Shown: in pieces, positions 16,162 through 24,651 of the stretch
Numbering within the stretch: position 1 is the first letter of the stretch
Layout of the letters: each line of letters begins with the position of its first letter
IMG/VR virus record: IMGVR_UViG_3300048996_000054
Coordinates: 1 to 54,493 of that record
Origin: a virus
Taxonomy: Duplodnaviria > Caudoviricetes
Length of the DNA stretch: 54,493 nucleotides
Strand: one strand, 5' to 3'
The notes under the pieces: model-generated
Told to the model about the DNA's origin: nothing
Database searches by the model: none
What the model saw: only the letters and a program-made list of their open reading frames with translations
Program-made: the position numbers and the translations under genes

Positions 16162-16355
16162 ACGCGCTCCCCCACCGCCAGACCCTGCCGGAATCGGTGC
16201 GCGCGGCGATGTGCGTGCTGGACCGGGCTTCCGAGGGGCAGGCGATTCCGACGCGGGACATCGAGCGGGCGCTGCGCGTCACAGGCGACGTCGGTTGGCG
16301 GCATGAAATGCACGAGCCGGTGCTGCTGGTGGATCCGTTCCCGGTGGAGCACTGA
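16158..16355 (+). CDS. hypothetical protein
   Basis: GTGA-coupled; ALRVTGD motif. Confidence 0.5.
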   Translation: MNALPHRQTLPESVRAAMCVLDRASEGQAIPTRDIERALRVTGDVGWRHEMHEPVLLVDPFPVEH

Positions 16356-16359
16356 GCCT

Positions 16360-16560
16360 ATGCTGCCGCCCACCGTCGCCCGCTGCCCCGGCGAGATGTA
16401 CGTCCCGCCGACCATGGAATTCGCCTGCCTGCCGGACGAGTGCATGGGCTGCGCGCGGCGCATGGAGGGCATCCGCGACTACATGAGCGGGGCTGCTGTG
16501 GAGTGGATGACGCCAGCCGGCAAGACGCCTTGCCCTGACCGCCTGGAGCCGAAGAAATGA
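16360..16560 (+). CDS. small Cys-rich hypothetical protein
   Basis: VARCPG...C..C.R...CP pattern. Confidence 0.55.
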   Translation: MLPPTVARCPGEMYVPPTMEFACLPDECMGCARRMEGIRDYMSGAAVEWMTPAGKTPCPDRLEPKK

Positions 16561-16838
16561 GGCGCGCTGCCAAGGTCGACGCAACCCACGACGCCATCGT
16601 GACGGCGCTGCGGGCGGCTGGTGCCAGCGTGCAGAGCCTGGCGCCGGTAGGCAAGGGCTGCCCCGACGCCTTGGTGGGCTACCGCGGCATCACCTACACC
16701 ATCGAGTTCAAGGCGGGGCGGACATCCAAGACGGTGAAGGCGGCACAGGACAAGTGGCATTCGGAATGGCGCGGCCAGCCGGTGGCGATCGCCTTCACCC
16801 CTGATGACGCGCTGCGCGCAATCGGAGCACTCGCATGA
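16557..16838 (+). CDS. PD-(D/E)XK nuclease (VRR-NUC / resolvase-like)
   Basis: KVDATH..IV.ALR..GASV...GKGCPDALVGYRG...IEFK...Q..WH..WRG. Confidence 0.8.
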   Translation: MRRAAKVDATHDAIVTALRAAGASVQSLAPVGKGCPDALVGYRGITYTIEFKAGRTSKTVKAAQDKWHSEWRGQPVAIAFTPDDALRAIGALA

Positions 16839-17107
16839 ACCCATGGAACCTGACCGCGCGCGAGGCCGAAGTGATGGCCCGCATGGTGGCCTGTGGCGGC
16901 GTTCAGAAGATCGTCGCCTCAGACCTCGGCCTGTCGGTGAAGACCGTCGACACCTACGTCGGCAGGGCCACCGAGAAGATCGGGTCGCGCACGCGCACGG
17001 CGGCGTTGCTCGAGTGGGACCGCAAGACGCGGCCGTCGTCGCAGCGTTCTGTTGAGCCGTGCATGCACTGCGCCGGCCTGGGCTTCGTGCAGCGGAGCGC
17101 GGCGTGA
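16835..17107 (+). CDS. LuxR/GerE-type HTH regulator
   Basis: LTAREAEVM...KIVASDLGLSVKTVDTY...KIG.RTR. Confidence 0.85.
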   Translation: MNPWNLTAREAEVMARMVACGGVQKIVASDLGLSVKTVDTYVGRATEKIGSRTRTAALLEWDRKTRPSSQRSVEPCMHCAGLGFVQRSAA

Positions 17108-17286
17108 ATTGCGCTCGCTGCAATCGAAAACTGCGCAACCCGGTGCTGCTGTCCGGGGTGCCGTTCGGCTCCACCTGTGCGCAAGCAGTGGCCGGTGCGC
17201 GGGCAAAGCGTAAGCGCAAGGCCGTCGAGTCCCACCACGTTGCCGCCGATCCCCGGCAGCTGCGCCTGGCACTGGAGGTGGCCTGA
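17104..17286 (+). CDS. small Zn-finger protein (DUF6011-like)
   Basis: CARCNRKL...FGSTCA...DPRQLRL. Confidence 0.6.
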   Translation: MNCARCNRKLRNPVLLSGVPFGSTCAQAVAGARAKRKRKAVESHHVAADPRQLRLALEVA

Positions 17287-17507
17287 TGGACAGAAGCTTG
17301 GCGCCCTTCATTGCAGTGGTGACCGTCCATGCGCTGGCTGCAGTCCGTGGTGACCCCGTGTCGATCATCACTCTCGCTGCTCTCGTCGGCTTGCCGCTGG
17401 GATACGGCATCTGTTGGTGCTGGGACTGCTTCGACAAGATGGCCGATGCCTGCATTGAAGGACAGGACCTGTTCTCCTATTCGTATGCCCCGGAGGTGTG
17501 GAGGTGA
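17286..17507 (+). CDS. small membrane protein
   Basis: Two hydrophobic segments; TGATG coupling. Confidence 0.45.
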   Translation: MDRSLAPFIAVVTVHALAAVRGDPVSIITLAALVGLPLGYGICWCWDCFDKMADACIEGQDLFSYSYAPEVWR

Positions 17508-18046
17508 GCGAGACCACCCTTACCGTAATCCTGCTCCACCCGGATGACGCACCCGGGCAAGCCCGATCTGTCATGGCCGCCCAGGTGCTGCCCGCCTGCG
17601 ATGCGAAGTTCAAGCGCGGCGTGCGGCGCGTGAAGGTGACGGTGGAAGACGTCGAGGACGACCGCACCGAGCAGCAGCACAAGTACTACTGGGCGGTGGT
17701 GCTGCAGGACGTGGCGGACCATGTTGTCGTCGGCGGCCAGCGGTACACGAAGGACGCCTGGCACGAATACGGCAAGCGGGAATTCCTGCCACGCAAGACG
17801 AAGAATGTGAAGGTCGCAGGCCGCCGCCGGCCGGTGGTGACGACGGTGATCGCCAGCACGACCGAGCAGAGCGTGCGCCGGATGGGCGAGTACCTGGAGA
17901 AGTGGATCGCCTTTGCCGCGGAGCACGGCGTCACCGTGTCCGAGCCGCTCCCGCCGCACTTGCGACCCCAGCGCCGCGCGCGCAAGGCGGAGACCGTCGA
18001 CGCCGAGACCGGCGAGATCCTGAACCGGGAAGAGGTTCCAGCTTGA
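17504..18046 (+). CDS. ninB: NinB-like recombination protein
   Basis: RTEQQH.YYWAVVLQDVA...AWHEY.K..FL...STT..SV..M.EYLE...AFAAEHGV. Confidence 0.8.
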   Translation: MSETTLTVILLHPDDAPGQARSVMAAQVLPACDAKFKRGVRRVKVTVEDVEDDRTEQQHKYYWAVVLQDVADHVVVGGQRYTKDAWHEYGKREFLPRKTKNVKVAGRRRPVVTTVIASTTEQSVRRMGEYLEKWIAFAAEHGVTVSEPLPPHLRPQRRARKAETVDAETGEILNREEVPA

Positions 18047-18297
18047 GCAACATCCATATCAGCTACACGCGGTATTCGCAGACCTGTTGCACCGTCAACG
18101 ACTGTCCGACTTGTGAGCGGCCTCGCCGCATGCTGGCGCAGTTCCAGGAGTGGTACGGGTGGACTGTGACCTGCACCGGCTGCGGCGAACGCTGGCAAGA
18201 CGGCGAGCACGGTGGCCGCGAGTTTCGCCCGCGCTGGAGGCAGGAAAGCATTCGCCGAGCGCGAGCGGTGCTCGCCAGCATCGGAGTGCCGGCATGA
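18043..18297 (+). CDS. Zn-ribbon hypothetical protein
   Basis: TTG start; CPTC...EWYG..VTCTGCGERWQDGE. Confidence 0.6.
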   Translation: MSNIHISYTRYSQTCCTVNDCPTCERPRRMLAQFQEWYGWTVTCTGCGERWQDGEHGGREFRPRWRQESIRRARAVLASIGVPA

Positions 18298-18388
18298 AGC
18301 GCACGCTGATTTGCCTCGCAGTGCTTGCCGTGTGCGGCCGGGCGAGCCGACAGCCCATGGTGCAGTTGTTCGGCAAGAGGTTCGCCGA

Positions 18389-18577
18389 ATGAGCCACACC
18401 CAGCACCACGAAGGTGTGCGCTGCCAGTGCGGCCACTTCCCCGGACGCCACCGGTGGGGCGACAACGCCTGTCCGAACCCACGCTGGCGCGCCGGCAACG
18501 GACAGCCTCAGTGGCTCCAGAACACCTACCAGCCATTCACCCGCGGCGCGGCAGCGCTTTCTGCCGCACAACGATAG
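18389..18577 (+). CDS. hypothetical protein
   Basis: RCQCGH...H...ACP motif. Confidence 0.45.
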   Translation: MSHTQHHEGVRCQCGHFPGRHRWGDNACPNPRWRAGNGQPQWLQNTYQPFTRGAAALSAAQR

Positions 18578-18584
18578 GAGAACC

Positions 18585-19052
18585 ATGGAACTGCCAACCA
18601 TCACGGCATCCAGCTACGTCAGTAGTACGGCAGACCCGAGATTGCTTATGGGCCATGCCGGGGTGCACCAACCGATGGGCATTGCCCAAGCAGCATTAGC
18701 CGACGCATTCCAGCGGAAGCACGACCCGATCCAAGCCATTCTTAACCAAGCACAGAAGGAATTTGCAACCATGAGCACCGCCCGCATCGTCAAAGTCTTC
18801 ATCGCCGACCCCAACGAAAACCTGCCGCTGGACAAGCGCGTCCTGTACGCCGGCGACGAAAAGCTGACCGACCTTACCGACCAGGAACTGTTCTTCGATG
18901 TGCCGATGGCCGAACTGCTGGCCAAGCACAACGCCCTGCGCGCCACCACAATCGACAAGAAGCAGGAAGCAAAGTCCGGCCGCGACGTATTCCTGGAGCC
19001 GGCGCGCATCCGTGACTTGAAGATGGTCGTCGTCACCGTGGCGCAGTTCTAG
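18585..19052 (+). CDS. conserved hypothetical protein
   Basis: AGGAG RBS; RIVKVFIADP...TDLTDQELFF...LEPARIRDLKMVVV. Confidence 0.7.
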   Translation: MELPTITASSYVSSTADPRLLMGHAGVHQPMGIAQAALADAFQRKHDPIQAILNQAQKEFATMSTARIVKVFIADPNENLPLDKRVLYAGDEKLTDLTDQELFFDVPMAELLAKHNALRATTIDKKQEAKSGRDVFLEPARIRDLKMVVVTVAQF

Positions 19053-19058
19053 GCAGCC

Positions 19059-19562
19059 ATGTTCGGCCGCTCCACCACCGACCACCGCGAGCGCCGGGAA
19101 GCCGAGCGCGCGCGCAACCTCGCCGTGCTGCTGGCCGGCGGGGCAGGCCTGCACCGTGGCACCTATGCCGGCGGCACTTCGGGTGAGGTGGTGGAGAAGA
19201 CAGAGGCCTACCGCGACCCGGTGCTGCTGGAGATGGCACGCGGCCGGCCCTGCTTGCTGCTGGTGCCGGCGGCCTGCAGCCAGCGGGTGGACACCGTGGT
19301 CGCTGCGCACTCCAACCTGCCGGAGCACGGCAAGGCCATGAGCCGCAAGGCCGACGATTGCTACAGCGCGTGGGGCTGCTTCGCCTGCCATACGTGGCTG
19401 GACCAGAGCAACGCCGCGGCGTCCCAGAAGCTGGGCGTCTTCATGGCCGCCCACGCCCGGCAGGTGCTGGCCTGGCGCCTGATTGAGATGGACCCGAACG
19501 AGCCCGAGCGCTTCCGCCGCGCCGCGGGCCGAGCCCTTGAACGCCTGAACGCCACGCTATGA
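19059..19562 (+). CDS. DUF1364 (YbcO-like) nuclease-domain protein
   Basis: ARGRPCLL.VP..C...TVVAAHSN...GK.M..KADD...AWGCFACH..LD. Confidence 0.85.
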   Translation: MFGRSTTDHRERREAERARNLAVLLAGGAGLHRGTYAGGTSGEVVEKTEAYRDPVLLEMARGRPCLLLVPAACSQRVDTVVAAHSNLPEHGKAMSRKADDCYSAWGCFACHTWLDQSNAAASQKLGVFMAAHARQVLAWRLIEMDPNEPERFRRAAGRALERLNATL

Positions 19563-20029
19563 CCCGCAAGTCCACCCGCCGCAAGTACCGGCCCGGCATG
19601 CACCCGCTGGACGCCATCACCGCCAGCCAGCCCTTCCCGGAGGCGGAGCTGACCCGCATCCTGATCAAGGTGCAGGACGCCTTCATGCAGCTGCGCAAGG
19701 GAAGCACTGATCCGGACATCTTCGACCGGCTGGCGGCCGTCCTGAACGTCGGTCTGGTCCGCGCCGAGAGCATTGGCCAGCCGGCAGTAGAGGTGTTTCA
19801 GGCCGGTCAGCGAGCCCTGATGGAGTGCGACGCCATCTTCGGCCGCCACCGCAAGTTCGGATTCACCGGGCCCGGCCTGCTAGCCATGCAGGAGGCCGTC
19901 GACCTCTACGAGCAGATCCTGCGCCTGTCGACCCCGCTGCAGATGGCCAAGGCGCAGGAGGAGTGCATGCGCCGGGTGATGGCGGGGCACTTCGAACAAG
20001 CGCCGGCAGCAACGGCCGCCGCGGCCTGA
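19559..20029 (+). CDS. hypothetical protein (paralog A)
   Basis: Shares VRAESIG.PAVEVF.AGQ.AL with the next gene. Confidence 0.7.
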   Translation: MTRKSTRRKYRPGMHPLDAITASQPFPEAELTRILIKVQDAFMQLRKGSTDPDIFDRLAAVLNVGLVRAESIGQPAVEVFQAGQRALMECDAIFGRHRKFGFTGPGLLAMQEAVDLYEQILRLSTPLQMAKAQEECMRRVMAGHFEQAPAATAAAA

Positions 20030-20045
20030 CAACAACAAGGAACCC

Positions 20046-20456
20046 ATGAACGCCGTCACCAACAGCTACAGCGCCGCCGAGCGCAATTCCATCATGACCG
20101 CGGTGGCGCAGTCCTTCATCGCCCTGCGCGACGGAAGCAACCGCATCGGGGACTTCAACACCTTGGCGGCGGCCTTCAACATCGCCATCGTCCGGGCCGA
20201 GTCGATCGGCGAGCCGGCGGTGGAAGTCTTCCGGGCCGGCCAGCAGGCGCTGCTGCGCGCCGACCAGACCTATGACGCCATGAAGGTGTACTGGTTCTCG
20301 CAGAGCGACATGGTGGACCTGGCCAAGGGCGTGCAGGGCTACTCGGAACTGCTGGCCATGAGCACGGAGCCGCAGATGAAGGCGGCCATCGCGGAAGCCG
20401 AGCGCCGGCTGCAGGAAGGCATCCACGCACGGCTGCCGGGGCAAGCCACGCACTGA
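20046..20456 (+). CDS. hypothetical protein (paralog B)
   Basis: Paralog of 19559-20029; AAGGA RBS. Confidence 0.7.
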   Translation: MNAVTNSYSAAERNSIMTAVAQSFIALRDGSNRIGDFNTLAAAFNIAIVRAESIGEPAVEVFRAGQQALLRADQTYDAMKVYWFSQSDMVDLAKGVQGYSELLAMSTEPQMKAAIAEAERRLQEGIHARLPGQATH

Positions 20457-20476
20457 ACACAACGAAGGAGTAGGGC

Positions 20477-20995
20477 ATGGACATGGCAGTAAGCGGCGGG
20501 GGCTACGTGGAGCGTTACGTCAGCGGCGCCAACTCCTCGGACCTTTCGGTGCGAAGCGAGGGCAGGGCGGACGACGTCGAGGCGATCGTGGCGGTGGCCT
20601 GGAACCGCAGCCGCATCGGGGCCGCTCTTCTGCGCCTGCATAGCGAGTGGGACGGCGCGGCTCGCCGCGGCATGAAGCTGGAGCAAGCCTTCCGGCAGCT
20701 CCGATCGCTGGCTGACGTCAAGACCGCGATGGTCACCTGGGCGCATCAGGATCGGCGGCCGGAGCCGGACGAACTGGTGGCCGCGGTGCTGGCCTGGTGG
20801 CTGGACAAGACCTGCAAGGTCTGCAACGGCACGCAGTGGGTGACCCGACCGAACCGGCCCAAGCAACCCTGCACTGGCTGCCATGGGACCGGAGAGGCAC
20901 GCATTCCCTACGGGGTGGACGGCCGGGCCCAGCTGGCTTACATGGAGTCCTGCCTGTACCGGGCCAGGGCGAGCATCAAGGCGCGCGCGCGATGA
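20477..20995 (+). CDS. Q-like late antiterminator / activator
   Basis: WWLDKTCKVCNGT...CTGCHGTG Zn finger; late nin-region position upstream of the late promoter. Confidence 0.7.
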   Translation: MDMAVSGGGYVERYVSGANSSDLSVRSEGRADDVEAIVAVAWNRSRIGAALLRLHSEWDGAARRGMKLEQAFRQLRSLADVKTAMVTWAHQDRRPEPDELVAAVLAWWLDKTCKVCNGTQWVTRPNRPKQPCTGCHGTGEARIPYGVDGRAQLAYMESCLYRARASIKARAR

Positions 20996-21417
20996 AGTGG
21001 CTCGATCGAAACATGGTGCATGGCCCGCACCTTTTCCTTGCCACCAGCGAGGCGTCGTTCAAGCGCGCCATGCGTGGCCTGGGGGTCGCGCGGGAGAAGT
21101 GGCCAACGTGGCAAGGAGACGACGCCATCGCCCGCGTGCATTCGTTCATGCACAAAAATGGCAGCTTGGCGTGCGTGGTGAGCTTCCGGCCGCCGCAAGT
21201 GTTCGATGGCATCGACGTTGCCTGCACCCTGGTCCATGAAGCGGTGCACGTGTTCCAGCAGTGGTGCGCTCATTACGAGGAGCGCGCGCCGTCGCGGGAG
21301 TTCGAGGCCTATTCGATCGACGGCATTGCGGAGCGGCTGATGCGCATCTGGGTGGAGGAGGAGAGGAAAGCCTACCGGGATCGCATGAAACGGGAACTTG
21401 CCAAGGCGGAAGGGTAG
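20992..21417 (+). CDS. HExxH metallopeptidase-like hypothetical protein
   Basis: LVHEAVHVFQ...SREFEAY. Confidence 0.65.
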   Translation: MKWLDRNMVHGPHLFLATSEASFKRAMRGLGVAREKWPTWQGDDAIARVHSFMHKNGSLACVVSFRPPQVFDGIDVACTLVHEAVHVFQQWCAHYEERAPSREFEAYSIDGIAERLMRIWVEEERKAYRDRMKRELAKAEG

Positions 21418-21426
21418 GATGGCACG

Positions 21427-21696
21427 ATGAACGAATCAGGCGTACGCCAACAACTCACCGAAGCCGAGCGGAAGGCCTTGGGCGGCCAGCTGCGGCCCGG
21501 GGACTTCGGAGTTCCGGAGCAGCACGCTCGGGCAGCTCAGGACTATGCCGCACGGCTGGTCGCGGAGGAGCGCGAGCGCTGCGCCAAGCTGTGCGACGAG
21601 GTCGTAACCGAAACCGTGGCGCGGCTCGGGTATGGCGACGAGTGCTCAGTCGTGGCAAGCAACTTGGCCGCTGCTATCCGCAAGGGTACGCCATGA
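21427..21696 (+). CDS. hypothetical phage protein
   Basis: EERERCAKLC...AAAIR motif. Confidence 0.65.
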   Translation: MNESGVRQQLTEAERKALGGQLRPGDFGVPEQHARAAQDYAARLVAEERERCAKLCDEVVTETVARLGYGDECSVVASNLAAAIRKGTP

Positions 21697-22097
21697 AGGT
21701 ATCAGACCTCACCGGCGCGCAGCTGGACTACTGGGTGGCGAAGGCGCAGGGATGGATCAAGACCCGCAGCCAGTACGACGACAAGCCCCTGCTCTGGGAC
21801 ACCGGCGGCGGGTTCTACCGGATAGAGGGAGTCGCCGGAGCGGAAGGCGACGAGCGCTGGCGACCGTCGACATGGTGGGGGCACGGCGGCCCGATCATCG
21901 AGCGGGAGCAGATCGCGATCTATCACGACTACGAGCATTGGCTGGCGGTGATGCCAGGGGCAATCAGCTACCCTGGTGACGTTGACCACGACGACGTGAC
22001 TGCGGTATTCGACGGGCATGGGGGCCCCACGCCCCTGATCGCTGCCATGCGTGCTTTCGTGGCTTCCAAGTTCGGGGAGGAGGTGCCAGATGTCTGA
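21693..22097 (+). CDS. ninX: NinX / DUF2591 family protein
   Basis: LTGAQLDYWVAKA...PST.W..GGPIIERE.I...GPTPLIAAMRAFVASK.G.EV. Confidence 0.88.
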   Translation: MKVSDLTGAQLDYWVAKAQGWIKTRSQYDDKPLLWDTGGGFYRIEGVAGAEGDERWRPSTWWGHGGPIIEREQIAIYHDYEHWLAVMPGAISYPGDVDHDDVTAVFDGHGGPTPLIAAMRAFVASKFGEEVPDV

Positions 22098-22419
22098 AAG
22101 ATTCCATCCCATCAACGACCTGCGGGAGCACGCGCCGCCCCAACGCGGGCCGGTAACGGAAGTGCGGCGCGGCAACATCGTGGTGGGTCACCTGAACTTC
22201 CTGGTGGACCCGGCCGCCCGCTACGTGCGGCTGCCGCTGATGACGCATAGCGACAGCGATCCGCTGAATGACGCGCCGCTCGCGTATGCCGACATGCTCC
22301 TGGACCTGCCGATGCGGTGGTGGCGCGACCTGGACACGAGGCGCGAGGAACGGTTCGCTGACGCCTCAGATGTGCCGGATGCGACATTGCGATTGGCCGC
22401 TGGATTCAAGCCAATATAA
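22090..22419 (+). CDS. hypothetical protein
   Basis: 109 aa from ATG 22090, GGAGG RBS. Confidence 0.55.
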   Translation: MSERFHPINDLREHAPPQRGPVTEVRRGNIVVGHLNFLVDPAARYVRLPLMTHSDSDPLNDAPLAYADMLLDLPMRWWRDLDTRREERFADASDVPDATLRLAAGFKPI

Positions 22420-22433
22420 GAAGCAAGTAATAC

Positions 22434-22462
22434 TTGCAACCTCATCCAGAAGGTAGGACAAT
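22434..22462 (+). promoter_or_regulatory. late promoter copy A (pR'-like)
   Basis: TTGCAA-17-GACAAT. Confidence 0.65.
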
Positions 22463-22486
22463 TCCCGCAGCCTGTACTGGGTGACC

Positions 22487-22565
22487 GCCTCAACGCGAGG
22501 CAGACAATCCGAACAGCGGCGCTTTCAACGCAGCGCCGAAGACCTGAAGGCAAAGCCGCCTTCGC
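22487..22565 (+). ncRNA. three-hairpin structured leader, copy A
   Basis: Stems GCCTC/GAGGC, CGGCGCT/AGCGCCG, GAAGGC/GCCTTC; same architecture as 48864-48946. Confidence 0.55.
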
Positions 22566-22573
22566 AAGATACC

Positions 22574-22602
22574 AAGCCCGCCACTGTGCGGGCTTTCGTT
22601 TG
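22574..22602 (+). terminator. intrinsic terminator (tR'-like)
   Basis: AAGCCCGC-cactgt-GCGGGCTT followed by TCGTTTG. Confidence 0.75.
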
Positions 22603-23015
22603 TCTCCTCGGGGAATCCATCCTCGATTGGCCGGCCCCGCGCCGGCCCTCTTTCTTCAGCGCAATCAGGATGCTCGCTGCGAGCAGCAGCGAATCCCGTG
22701 CGAAATCAAAGACTTAGGTGCTTAAGCGCTATTCGCGAACAGCACCTCCCCCGCTTGGGCGCCGCCCACTCCTGATGTCATAGGCCCCACCGCTCGAGCA
22801 GCACAGGGCGCCACCTAGACCCAGGGCGAGCGCCCAGCTTCTCCACGCGACGGCAGGCCCGCAAGCCTTGGCGGGAGGCAGGACCGGCTCCAACCCGGTG
22901 CCCGCCGCCTTTCAGCGCCGCCCGGCTCGGCGTCCCAAGCGCATAGACGGCCCAGCAGGCGCGCAGCCCGCAAGGGTCAGCCTGGAATGCGCGCCCCCTC
23001 CGGGGAAGGAACCCC

Positions 23016-23711
23016 ATGGCAACAACCCCCGACAAGAAGAAGCGCCCGGACTGGGCTGCCATCCAGCGCGACTACCGCACCGGCAAGTTCACCTTCCGGG
23101 AGCTGGAAGACAAGCATGGTGTCGGCTACGCCTCTATCAACCGCAAGGCCAAGGCCGAAGCCTGGCAAAAGGACCTGAGCCAAGTGGTGCGGGAAGCCAC
23201 CGAGGCTGCCGTCATCCGCGATGCCGTGCTGCAACAAGGCGCCGCAACAGGAACCGCAACAGCAACAGAACCGCAACAACAGAATGACCCCGACGTCGTG
23301 GCCGTGATGGCGGCGGTGGAACTGAATAAGGAAGTCCTGCTGCGACACCGCCGGGACATCCGGGATGCGCGGGACCTGACCATGACGATGCTCGGCGAGC
23401 TGAAGGTCGTGGGCGAAAACCCGGACTCGCTGGAGATCATGTTCGAACACATGACCTCGGAGATGAAGCCCGAGGAGCTGATGAATGCCACGCGCGCCTA
23501 CAACGCGCTGGTGAAGCTGCCTGGTCGCATCGGCTCGGTGCACAAGCTGGCCGACACCCTCGCCAAGCTCCAACCCCTGGAGCGCAAGGCCTTCGCCCTG
23601 GACAACGGGGCCGACGACACACCCCCACCCGAAGGCAGCCAGGCGGACAACGAGACCGCCCGCCGCATCGCTTTCATCCTCGAAAAGGGCCTGCGGGCTC
23701 AGAAGGGCTGA
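23016..23711 (+). CDS. terminase small subunit (putative)
   Basis: DWAAIQRDYRTG....REL...HGV....INRKAK.EAWQKD N-terminal HTH; ERKAFALD; first late gene. Confidence 0.7.
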   Translation: MATTPDKKKRPDWAAIQRDYRTGKFTFRELEDKHGVGYASINRKAKAEAWQKDLSQVVREATEAAVIRDAVLQQGAATGTATATEPQQQNDPDVVAVMAAVELNKEVLLRHRRDIRDARDLTMTMLGELKVVGENPDSLEIMFEHMTSEMKPEELMNATRAYNALVKLPGRIGSVHKLADTLAKLQPLERKAFALDNGADDTPPPEGSQADNETARRIAFILEKGLRAQKG

Positions 23712-23714
23712 CCC

Positions 23715-24062
23715 ATGGGAACTCTTTCCTCCATCAACCCCGGCCGCTTGAACAACGAGCAGCTGGTCGGCCAGGCTGATTTCATCGATGCCCGCGTGCT
23801 GGCGGCCAGCACTGCTGAAACCTTCCAGGCGCCGCCCAACGCCAAGTTCGTGCGCATCGCCGGTGATGGGGCGTTCTTCCTGAAGATCGCCACCTCTTCC
23901 ACTGCGGCGACTGTTCCTGCTGCCGATGTGACCGATGGCACGGCCTCCGAGTGCTGCCCCAACGGGGACGCTGTGTGGCGGATCTTGCCCGGCGACCAGC
24001 CCTATATCAGCGTGATCGCCACGGCAACTCGGATCGTGACGCTCTCGTACTACCGCAACTGA
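23715..24062 (+). CDS. hypothetical virion-type beta protein
   Basis: 115 aa, Ala/Thr-rich, strong codon bias. Confidence 0.65.
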   Translation: MGTLSSINPGRLNNEQLVGQADFIDARVLAASTAETFQAPPNAKFVRIAGDGAFFLKIATSSTAATVPAADVTDGTASECCPNGDAVWRILPGDQPYISVIATATRIVTLSYYRN

Positions 24063-24129
24063 ATCCCTCACCGCCCGGGCCAATGGGCGGGTCTCCACCA
24101 GCAACAGCAACAAGCAGGAGTAAAGCAGC

Positions 24130-24651
24130 ATGGACATTCGCAAATCCCTTCACGGCCGAGACCTGGGCATCGGCCCGACCGGCGAACTGGTCATCAACAA
24201 GGACACGGGCGAGCAGTCCGTCCTTGGCTTGTCGGCCAACAAGATCATCACCAGCGCGCAGGTGCTGGCGCTGTTCACCACGGCCATCGCGGTGATCCCG
24301 ACGCCCGGTGCTGGCCTCATCGCTGTGCCGCGGCTGGCGCAGGTCTACAAGCCCGCGGGCACCGCCTACGCCGTCGGTGCTGGCTCCGACCTGGTGCTGA
24401 AGTACACCAATGCGGCCGGCGCGCAGTGCTCCTCGGTCATCGAGACGGTGGGATTCCTGGACCAGGCCACTGCGCAGAACCGCTTTGTCGGCATGCCCGG
24501 TGCCACCGGCGCGACCGCGGCGGACGTGAACGGCGTGGCTGACGCTGCGGTGGTGTTGCACTGCCTGAGTGCCAACCCCACGACCGGTACCTCGCTGCTG
24601 TCCGTGCGGGTCTGGTACGACATCATCACCAGCACGCTGCCGATCGTCTGA
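24130..24651 (+). CDS. hypothetical virion-type protein (decoration-like)
   Basis: ITSAQVLAL.TT...IP.PGAG; AGGAG RBS. Confidence 0.65.
   Translation: MDIRKSLHGRDLGIGPTGELVINKDTGEQSVLGLSANKIITSAQVLALFTTAIAVIPTPGAGLIAVPRLAQVYKPAGTAYAVGAGSDLVLKYTNAAGAQCSSVIETVGFLDQATAQNRFVGMPGATGATAADVNGVADAAVVLHCLSANPTTGTSLLSVRVWYDIITSTLPIV

Noticed and set aside
18294-18392. Possible 32-aa lipoprotein MKRTLICLAVLAVC
   Set aside because: Val at -1 does not fit the lipobox, the ORF is very short, and it lies far from the lysis genes.
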